NCBI GenBank assembly: GCA_965231135.1
Contig: OZ246419.1
Span: 8,411-72,410 of the forward strand
Direction: 5' to 3'
From: an uncultured Gammaproteobacteria bacterium
Lineage (GTDB): Bacteria > Patescibacteriota > Microgenomatia > UBA8517
Length of the DNA: 64,000 nucleotides
The notes beneath the pieces were generated by a model. The model did no database searches and had not been told where the DNA came from. It worked only from the letters and a program-made list of their open reading frames with translations. This document shows, piece after piece, positions 57,575 through 64,000 of the stretch. Every line of letters starts with the position of its first letter. Positions within the stretch are counted from its first letter, which is position 1. A program made the position numbers and the translations under genes.

Positions 57575-58485
57575 CACACAAAATACCAACATATTTAATA
57601 CACGGATCTTTAGGAAGCGGTAAAACTACCTTCATAAAAGGAATGTTAAAAACAGATGATTTTAAAAATTCAGTTGTTATTGAGAATGAGTTTGCGAATA
57701 TAAATATAGACGAAGCAAGTTTAAAAGATACATGTGATATTGATATTTACGGAATTGCTGGAGGATGTATTTGTTGTTCATCAGGACGTGAACTTTTCGA
57801 TGCTTTTGATAAGATAGCAAAATTAGAAAATGTTAAATCTTTGATAATTGAAACAACTGGTGTAGCAAGCTCTGTAAAACTTATTCAACAGTTTATGCTT
57901 AATAGCGAATTTGATGATAATTTTTATTTAAGTAGAAATATTCTTGTTATCGACTCTCTTGAAAATTCAATAGATTATTTAAAGAAAAATAAAAAATTAG
58001 ATATAGAACTCGCTGATATAGTCATATTATCAAAAATTGATTTAGTTGATGCTCAAGTTGTAAGAAAAATGAAGAAATTTATAATATCAATTAATTCAAA
58101 AGTAGAAATAAATCCTCAAAAAATTGCGGAGAGAGATGAATCAAAATCAAGCGATAAACTTCTTAAACATCTTGCAGAGCTAACAAAAATATTAAATGAA
58201 GATCATACAAAAAATATTGATTATATTGTTGTAAATCCAAATAAAAATATTGAAATTGCAAGTATAAATTTATTTATTAAGCAAATATATGATAAGAAAA
58301 TAAATTTAAAAAGAGTTAAAGGAACTTTTGAGACGAAAAATAAATTAAATTATGAAATTCAAGCAACACCAAAAAAGATAAATTATGTGAAATTAAAAGC
58401 AAAACCAGAAAAAGATTATCTAGTTTTCATTGGCGAAAAATTAGATAAAAATGTTTTTAATGATTTTATAAAAAAATATGAATAA
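57571..58485 (+). CDS. COG0523/CobW-family GTPase (zinc metallochaperone, ZigA/YeiR-like)
   Basis: Has the G1 motif GSLGSGKTT, the CxCC motif GGCICCSS and the switch LIIETTG, and overlaps the NAS-like gene. Confidence 0.85.
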   Translation: MTHKIPTYLIHGSLGSGKTTFIKGMLKTDDFKNSVVIENEFANINIDEASLKDTCDIDIYGIAGGCICCSSGRELFDAFDKIAKLENVKSLIIETTGVASSVKLIQQFMLNSEFDDNFYLSRNILVIDSLENSIDYLKKNKKLDIELADIVILSKIDLVDAQVVRKMKKFIISINSKVEINPQKIAERDESKSSDKLLKHLAELTKILNEDHTKNIDYIVVNPNKNIEIASINLFIKQIYDKKINLKRVKGTFETKNKLNYEIQATPKKINYVKLKAKPEKDYLVFIGEKLDKNVFNDFIKKYE

Positions 58486-59008
58486 CTTAGATTTTGCTAA
58501 AAAGACAGTTAAAAGATTAATTTTACAGTACAAAGAATATGAAATATTAAATGAAGAAATTAAAAAATTTGAAAACGAAAAATTTAAATTAATTTTGAAA
58601 AAGGATAATAAAAAAATAAAAGAGCTTGATAAAAAAATAAATTTACTGAAACTTGATTTACAACAAATTTCAGATGAAATGACATTTAGCAATCCAATTA
58701 TTTGGATGATGTATAAAAATGAAGCTTATAAAAATACCTCTAAAGAAATAGAAACAATGCGAGATTTCAGAAAACATTGTGAGCCAGATGGTTATATCTG
58801 TACAAACAGATTCAGATTTTTAAATAACTATTTAAATAATGTGCTGGAGGATAAAAATATATTTCCAGATGATATGTTGCTAATTAATTTATATAAACAG
58901 AAGATTATCGTGGATCTTTTGGATAATCCAGAATTTATGAAAAAATGGAAGGACAGTGAATATCTAAAAACCAATAATCAAATTAATAAATGGCATACAG
59001 CTATTTAA
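58478..59008 (+). CDS. hypothetical protein (last gene of the zur operon)
   Basis: Charged, probably coiled-coil ORF that overlaps the COG0523 gene. Confidence 0.4.
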   Translation: MNNLDFAKKTVKRLILQYKEYEILNEEIKKFENEKFKLILKKDNKKIKELDKKINLLKLDLQQISDEMTFSNPIIWMMYKNEAYKNTSKEIETMRDFRKHCEPDGYICTNRFRFLNNYLNNVLEDKNIFPDDMLLINLYKQKIIVDLLDNPEFMKKWKDSEYLKTNNQINKWHTAI

Positions 59009-59011
59009 GAA

Positions 59012-59152
59012 TTAATTTTGATTTTTGTTTTGATGACACTCTTTACAATGTTTCCCTTTTTTATGGTCGCAATTTTCCTCATTACAAAAACATTGTCCAT
59101 CACAGTCGCACATATTTTCGTTAGTTAAAGATTTACCGCAATTAGTACACAT
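59012..59152 (-). CDS. Cys/His-rich 46-aa small protein (metallothionein-like or zinc-ribbon), not in ORF track
   Basis: Sequence MCTNCGKSLTNENMCDCDGQCFCNEENCDHKKGKHCKECHQNKNQN (9 Cys, 3 His). A consensus SD (AAGGAGGTGA) lies 5 nt upstream of the ATG. It is convergent with the zur operon. Confidence 0.5.
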   Translation of the reverse strand: MCTNCGKSLTNENMCDCDGQCFCNEENCDHKKGKHCKECHQNKNQN

Positions 59153-59188
59153 AATTATCACCTCCTTTAAGAAATTAATAATATCACA

Positions 59189-60277
59189 TTATTTTCTTTT
59201 AACCCACCAGCTTGCAAGGAAAGTACAAATAGGAATTGCTAAAATTAAACCACATGTTCCTGCGATAGTGCGGACGACTTCATCAATTATGATTTCATTG
59301 TTTAAAACTACCCAAAGAGGCTGACCGCCAGGATTTAATTCAAAATAAATAAAAATTGCTAAGGCACTTCCTGCATAAGCCAAAACTAAAGTATTAACCA
59401 AGGAAACGATATGTTCACGGCCTACTCTACTTCCCTTTTTGACTAGATCGTCAAATGATAAATTTTTATTTGTTTCGTGTAATTCAAAAATAGTTGCTGA
59501 TTGGGTTGTTGTTATGTCATTTAATGCTCCAAGAGTACCGATAATAATTCCTGAGAGAAGTAGACCTTGTAAGTTAATATTTTGAGTAGCTCCTGCTGTC
59601 AGGAGAGAGACTGCCTCATCATCTCCAATTCCTGCAAGATTTGTGAAATTTACAAAAGCAATTGAAAGAATGCTTGCAATAATTAGGGCAATGAAAGTTG
59701 AAGTTAATGCAATGGTTGTCTTTTTACTTATACCATGGGCAAGATATGTTGAAACAACTAATATAACAAGAGAGCCAATAATTGTTACGAAAAGCGGATT
59801 TGCGCCATGAAGAATTTGCGGAATTATAAATAACAAAATAACTGCAAGGCTTATTATTAAACCTGCAATTGAACCAATTCCAGAAAGACCTGCGACTAAT
59901 AGAAGCAAAATTACAAAACCAATTATTAAAAACGGAATACTATTTAAGCGATATTTATCAAGAATATTAATACCGTTATCAGTTTTATCTAGAATTAAAA
60001 TATCCCCTACTTTTGCTAATTGACTATCTGTAAGAAAGGAATCGCCACCGTTTTCTAACTCAATAGTTTTGCCAACATCACTTCCGTCAATTATTTTTAA
60101 AGTAAGATCCTGAAATCTTAATTTGGCACCAAAAGAATTGTTTACTCCTTCTTTATCAACAGATATAACCTGAGCTTTTTCAAATTCTTCTTTTGACTGG
60201 GCGAATATATTCTGCCTACCGGCGGTTTGAAAAATAACAAGAAATAAAACAAGAAACAAAATTATCTTTTTTATCAT
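59189..60277 (-). CDS. YibE/F family membrane protein
   Basis: N-terminal signal/TM, an extracytoplasmic domain and about 8 C-terminal TM helices. Confidence 0.6.
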   Translation of the reverse strand: MIKKIILFLVLFLVIFQTAGRQNIFAQSKEEFEKAQVISVDKEGVNNSFGAKLRFQDLTLKIIDGSDVGKTIELENGGDSFLTDSQLAKVGDILILDKTDNGINILDKYRLNSIPFLIIGFVILLLLVAGLSGIGSIAGLIISLAVILLFIIPQILHGANPLFVTIIGSLVILVVSTYLAHGISKKTTIALTSTFIALIIASILSIAFVNFTNLAGIGDDEAVSLLTAGATQNINLQGLLLSGIIIGTLGALNDITTTQSATIFELHETNKNLSFDDLVKKGSRVGREHIVSLVNTLVLAYAGSALAIFIYFELNPGGQPLWVVLNNEIIIDEVVRTIAGTCGLILAIPICTFLASWWVKRK

Positions 60278-60933
60278 TTAGAAAACATGAATGTAAGAAA
60301 ATGTAACCACACTGGTTCATTTGTATTTAGAACCGCTCCAGTTGAAGCAGAAACACTCGCTGCAATATCTTCTTTTAAACTAACAACATTAAATAAATTT
60401 AAATTTTTAACTCCATCAATATTATATTGAAGCTCACCGTTACTTGATTCTTCCAGCGCAATTTGATTATTTTTAATTGAGTCTACAGTACCTGCACGCA
60501 TTAAAGTAAGACTTGCTTCATAAGGCAAAATACTGACAAGACGATTTCCGGAATTTGTTTGTACAGATAATTCGTTTTGGGAGGGATCGATTGTAATTGG
60601 AAAAGAAGTTAAAGCTGTAATATTATTTTCTGTGATTGAAAACTTTCCATTTGAATTTCCAATTTGGATTTCATTAGAATTTGGACGTGACTCTATATCA
60701 ACTAAAGTTTCGTGCATATTTGTTACATCTACGCCATTTAGCTCAATTTTGCCGTTATTGTTTGCAAGAGAAATTTCATTACTGTTTACATTTTCAGCAA
60801 TATTTTTGACTTGAATTTGAGATTTGGCGGGAATTTGGAGAGATGTTGAATCTCCTAAAACCTGGTAAACAGTTTTTCCTTGAGGAGTAATTACAACAAA
60901 CGCTGCAGCGAGAGATAATAGTGTTTTCTTCAC
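60274..60933 (-). CDS. hypothetical secreted protein with internal repeats
   Basis: Signal peptide plus repeated NG(K)xELNGVD/IQIGNSNGKFSI units; it overlaps the YibE/F start. Confidence 0.45.
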   Translation of the reverse strand: MKKTLLSLAAAFVVITPQGKTVYQVLGDSTSLQIPAKSQIQVKNIAENVNSNEISLANNNGKIELNGVDVTNMHETLVDIESRPNSNEIQIGNSNGKFSITENNITALTSFPITIDPSQNELSVQTNSGNRLVSILPYEASLTLMRAGTVDSIKNNQIALEESSNGELQYNIDGVKNLNLFNVVSLKEDIAASVSASTGAVLNTNEPVWLHFLTFMFSK

Positions 60934-60961
60934 AAGTAATTGTAACAGGAATAAGGTGAAA

Positions 60962-61477
60962 CTAGAAACTGCCTTCTAGGACGTGGGTTTCTGGAGTCGC
61001 GTCAAAAACCTTTTCAAGAGTTATCCAAACTACTTTATGGTCAGATATATTAACTGGGGAATTATAATTTAATAAATATCCTGCTTTTGTGACTGATAAT
61101 TTTCCAAGGGAAATATAATTTGTACCGTTTACAAGCCAGGCTTGATAGAAATATCCAGCTGAAGGATCATTTAAATTTGCAACAATTGTATATTTATTTA
61201 AGCCGTTTGAGGTATCAAGAGTTGCAAGGCCCATTTGATTACTTCCTGTTACATCATGCAAGTTTGCTGTAGTTGCTCCAGATGGAACTGTAATTCCAAA
61301 ATTGTTTGGAAGAGTTGGATTAAAAGTTGCAACTGGAGTAGGCAAAGCAGAATTTGTATTTATTAAATTATTTGTTTGGTTTCTTCTAATAAGAAAAACT
61401 GCAAAAAGAATAACAATAATAATTACTACGACACCTACAAGGATGTTTCTTGTGGAACTTGTGTTTTGAGGATTCAT
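60962..61477 (-). CDS. hypothetical membrane-anchored extracytoplasmic protein
   Basis: N-terminal TM followed by a beta-rich C-terminal domain. Confidence 0.45.
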   Translation of the reverse strand: MNPQNTSSTRNILVGVVVIIIVILFAVFLIRRNQTNNLINTNSALPTPVATFNPTLPNNFGITVPSGATTANLHDVTGSNQMGLATLDTSNGLNKYTIVANLNDPSAGYFYQAWLVNGTNYISLGKLSVTKAGYLLNYNSPVNISDHKVVWITLEKVFDATPETHVLEGSF

Positions 61478-61510
61478 TTTGTCCGATAGTAACAGACTGA
61501 AATTAAGAAG

Positions 61511-62194
61511 TCAATCGTATTTAATTTTTTTTGTAAAAAAATACTTGATCATTTTATATTCATAAACAAGCCGACCTTCTCTTTTTATTCTTCTTGTTGA
61601 ATAATAGATTTTTATTGAATCAATTATTTGAAATTTAAAACCCTTTTCAACAATCCTTTTTACATAATCTGTGTCTTCTGCAAAAATTAGATTTTCATTA
61701 AACCCGTTGATGCTTTTGTGAGCAATTTTAGTTGACAAAATAATAAAACCATAAACAACTGGATTAAAATTTGCTGTGAGCCTTTGATAAAAATTATAAA
61801 TAGTACTTAAAAAAGTATCTAAAAAATTATGATCATCTGGGAAACTTGCCACTGTCCCTACTCCATAATCTTTAGTATTAAATTCTTTGACTATTTTTTC
61901 TAGAAAATTATTTTCAAAACTAACATCAGCGTCTAAAAATAATAAAATTTCTGCGGAAGCATTTGATGCTCCAAGATTTCTTTGAAATGAAACACCTTTA
62001 TGAGGAGCTTTAATTATTTTTAAATTAAGTTTATTTTTAAATTTCTCTACAACTTTAATTGTATTATCAGTTGATTTACCGTCAACAACAATTACTTCAA
62101 AATTTTTTAAAGATTGGTTAACTAAAATTTGCAAAAGATTACCGATATATTTTTCTTCATTTAAAACCGGAATTATTATGGAGAGATTATTCAC
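61511..62194 (-). CDS. glycosyltransferase family 2
   Basis: Has NLSIIIPVLNEEKYI and the DxD motif LLFLDADV. The listed ORF itself begins with a GTG. I moved the start to the in-frame GTG (VNNLSIIIP), which overlaps the stop of the upstream small ORF (GTGAATAA). Confidence 0.8.
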   Translation of the reverse strand: MNNLSIIIPVLNEEKYIGNLLQILVNQSLKNFEVIVVDGKSTDNTIKVVEKFKNKLNLKIIKAPHKGVSFQRNLGASNASAEILLFLDADVSFENNFLEKIVKEFNTKDYGVGTVASFPDDHNFLDTFLSTIYNFYQRLTANFNPVVYGFIILSTKIAHKSINGFNENLIFAEDTDYVKRIVEKGFKFQIIDSIKIYYSTRRIKREGRLVYEYKMIKYFFTKKIKYD

Positions 62195-62309
62195 AGCAAG
62201 AGTCTTTGAAACCACAATTTTTACAGATTGCGTCACGACTACCTGCGACTACTCCAATTGGAGAGCCACAAACAGGACAAGGACGCTTGACAAACTTTTT
62301 CTTTTTCAT
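62187..62309 (-). CDS. small zinc-ribbon protein (40 aa, CPVCG...CKNCG), not in ORF track
   Basis: Encodes MKKKKFVKRPCPVCGSPIGVVAGSRDAICKNCGFKDSCCE. Its stop overlaps the GT2 GTG start (translational coupling). The RBS is weak. Confidence 0.4.
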   Translation of the reverse strand: MKKKKFVKRPCPVCGSPIGVVAGSRDAICKNCGFKDSCCE

Positions 62310-62322
62310 CAGTATTAATTAT

Positions 62323-62529
62323 ATGAACAAGATTATAGATAAACAAATGAAGTATTTTTCCAAATATCCTTTTTATAATTCACTGGTTCACGCTGCTGGA
62401 GGAATTGCTCTTGGAATAATTATTGCAAGGCCACTTGACGGCGGACATCCATTACAGCTTGCAGCAATATTTTTTGTGATAGCAGTTGTAGGACACTTGA
62501 TTCCACTTTTCATGAAGAAAGTAAGATAA
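62323..62529 (+). CDS. hypothetical small membrane protein (internal start of listed ORF 62206..62529)
   Basis: MNKIIDKQMKYF... with two TM helices. The listed N-terminal extension lies antisense to the zinc-ribbon ORF. Confidence 0.3.
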   Translation: MNKIIDKQMKYFSKYPFYNSLVHAAGGIALGIIIARPLDGGHPLQLAAIFFVIAVVGHLIPLFMKKVR

Positions 62530-62544
62530 ATGAGTTCGTCGCTT

Positions 62545-63306
62545 TTAGCGCGTATTTATCAGATCCCCTGCTACAGTTTTCATTACTTCTTGAATGCTTG
62601 TCATAAATTGAGCTGGGAAAATGATGGTGGAATTTTTCTCTGTAGAAATTTCTGACATGGTTTGAAGCGTTCTAAGTTGTAATGCAATTGGGTGCTTTGC
62701 AATAATATCGCTTGCCTCTCCTAATTTAGTCGCTGCGAGCATTTCTCCTTCTGCTGCAATAATATTTGCTCTTTTGTCTCGCTCTGCTTCGGCTTCACGC
62801 GCCATCGCTCTTTGCATATTATCTGGAAGCTGAATATCTTTTATTTCAACTGCTGTTACTTGCACTCCCCAACCTTCAGTGTGTTTGTCGATAACATTTT
62901 TAATTTGGTCGTTAATGTCAGCAGTTTTAGATAATAATTGATCTAAGACAAATTGGCCAATTACATTTCTTACTGTAGTTTGGCTTATTTGATTAACTGC
63001 TGAGTGTACATTTTCAATTGCAATAACTGCTTTTTGAGGATCAACAATGTGATAATAAGCAACAGCTGCGATGTCTATAGAAACATTATCTTTAGTAATA
63101 ATTTTTTGGGAAGGAATTTCCATTGTAATGGTACGAAGACTAACCTTAGTTGCAGTTTCAAGAATTGGAACTAAAAAGAATATTCCAGCATCTGCAACTT
63201 TTTTAAAACGACCGAGCTGAAAAACAACTGCCCTTTCATATTCCTGATTAACGCGAAGAGAAAGTAAAACTAAAATAATTATTACAGCTAAGATAGCTAA
63301 TTCCAT
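62545..63306 (-). CDS. SPFH/band 7 family protein (stomatin/slipin-like)
   Basis: N-terminal TM, an SPFH domain and an Ala/Glu-rich coiled-coil tail (REAEAERDKRANIIAAEGE). Confidence 0.85.
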   Translation of the reverse strand: MELAILAVIIILVLLSLRVNQEYERAVVFQLGRFKKVADAGIFFLVPILETATKVSLRTITMEIPSQKIITKDNVSIDIAAVAYYHIVDPQKAVIAIENVHSAVNQISQTTVRNVIGQFVLDQLLSKTADINDQIKNVIDKHTEGWGVQVTAVEIKDIQLPDNMQRAMAREAEAERDKRANIIAAEGEMLAATKLGEASDIIAKHPIALQLRTLQTMSEISTEKNSTIIFPAQFMTSIQEVMKTVAGDLINTR

Positions 63307-63581
63307 GAGAACATTATACTACTTTTTAATGGTGATGCTTTTGTTTTTTCAAAGGTCGATTTTGAGACTCATAAATATTTATAATTTGACAGGGAGTTAA
63401 ATTTGTTTTAATCCCATATTGAGCATTTATGGGATTTTCTTTTCTAATTTCTGGTTTATAGGTATCTTGCATTCTTTCTATCCAAAGACGTTCTTGTTTC
63501 ATAAATTAATATTTAACTGTTACAGAAATAAATTCAATCCTGTAATTTTTTAAAAACGGAGTGTAAACTGAAGTAGTCTTC

Positions 63582-63956
63582 TTAAAAACCTATTTCTTCT
63601 TTAACAAATAAAATTTTAACTCTGTCTGGATTAAATTCTTTATTTACTATTAATATTTTACTGACGTTACTTTTTATTTCGGGATTTCCATACTGCTCGG
63701 CCAACCTCACAGATTCTTTTGGCAGGATATAATCATAAATACGTGCTATTGCATCTTTATCATCTTTAACTATTTTTTGAGTACCTATAACCCAAATAAC
63801 ATGACTTGCGCCGTAAACATAAGCTGACAACTGACTTCCAGTATTGCTTGCAATAAAGACGTGGCCGTCTGAAGTAACGGCATGAACACTTCCAAGACAA
63901 TATTCCGGAGCTGATCCAAGCTTTTGCATTTTTAAACTATCAGTCTCGCGATTCAT
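63582..63956 (-). CDS. hypothetical protein (possibly LUD/DUF162-like)
   Basis: ORF near the window edge with a weak resemblance to the LutC-type fold (ASNTGSQLSAYVYGASHVIWVIGTQKIV). Confidence 0.3.
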   Translation of the reverse strand: MNRETDSLKMQKLGSAPEYCLGSVHAVTSDGHVFIASNTGSQLSAYVYGASHVIWVIGTQKIVKDDKDAIARIYDYILPKESVRLAEQYGNPEIKSNVSKILIVNKEFNPDRVKILFVKEEIGF

Positions 63957-64000
63957 TTTATTTAGCTCATTTTTTACGGAATTATATTTACCACTTTCGT

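Noticed and set aside
63326-63502. 58-aa minus-strand ORF ending in HHH, upstream of the SPFH gene
   Set aside because: No RBS and a low-complexity sequence; it is more likely the promoter/5' region of the SPFH gene.
1-64000. CRISPR arrays, rRNA, IS elements, prophage
   Set aside because: I found no regularly spaced direct repeats, no rRNA-like conserved stretches, and no transposase or phage structural genes.

Overview
This is a low-GC (about 35%), gene-dense bacterial window that appears to use the standard genetic code, since TGA acts as a stop (for example at the end of ftsH). Its gene content resembles a reduced Patescibacteria/CPR-like genome: split transketolase, class I FBA, a short archaeal-type TIM, a compact PGK, an AdoCbl-dependent class II RNR, and many small hypothetical membrane proteins. 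I see no CRISPR array, no rRNA and no convincing prophage or transposon. Coordinates I derived by hand (tRNAs, palindromes, promoters, small unlisted ORFs) may be off by 1-2 nt in places.

Main blocks, in order:
- HlyD/ABC/FtsX efflux pump (49-2967).
- Thiol-redox operon, dsbA-like-trxB-Pro/Met-rich ORF-trxA (4309-6690).
- M32 carboxypeptidase, CvpA-CAP fusion, pth, ftsH.
- trpS plus a Trbp111-like tRNA-binding protein, a tRNA(CAT), Nudix, FtsB-like, a Xer-like recombinase.
- ATP-dependent DNA ligase-Fic-Nnr operon; fpg-membrane protein-recF operon; GT4; Pol I-type 5'-3' exonuclease.
- An unlisted tRNA-Ile(UAU); a TraD/VirD4-like ATPase; PduO + DUF1653 + class II RNR.
- A CPBP protease/HEPN-like pair; two class A PBP paralogs plus a beta-lactamase-like hydrolase.
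- A long minus-strand carbon block: 2-hydroxyacid DH, PfkB kinase, FBA, transketolase, LOG, rpe, gapA, pgk, rpiB, tpi.
- A divergent zinc (Zur) locus.
- YibE/F, GT2 and an SPFH protein.

The most unusual items are:
- A tandem pair of minimal class III nucleotidyl-cyclase-like proteins with complementary active-site residues, inserted between gapA and pgk.
- A Zur locus carrying a nicotianamine-synthase-like gene, a COG0523 GTPase, a perfect palindromic operator inside a consensus promoter, and an unlisted Cys/His-rich 46-aa ORF with a consensus SD.
- An unlisted tRNA-Ile(UAU), and a noncanonical GC-rich tRNA-like cloverleaf.
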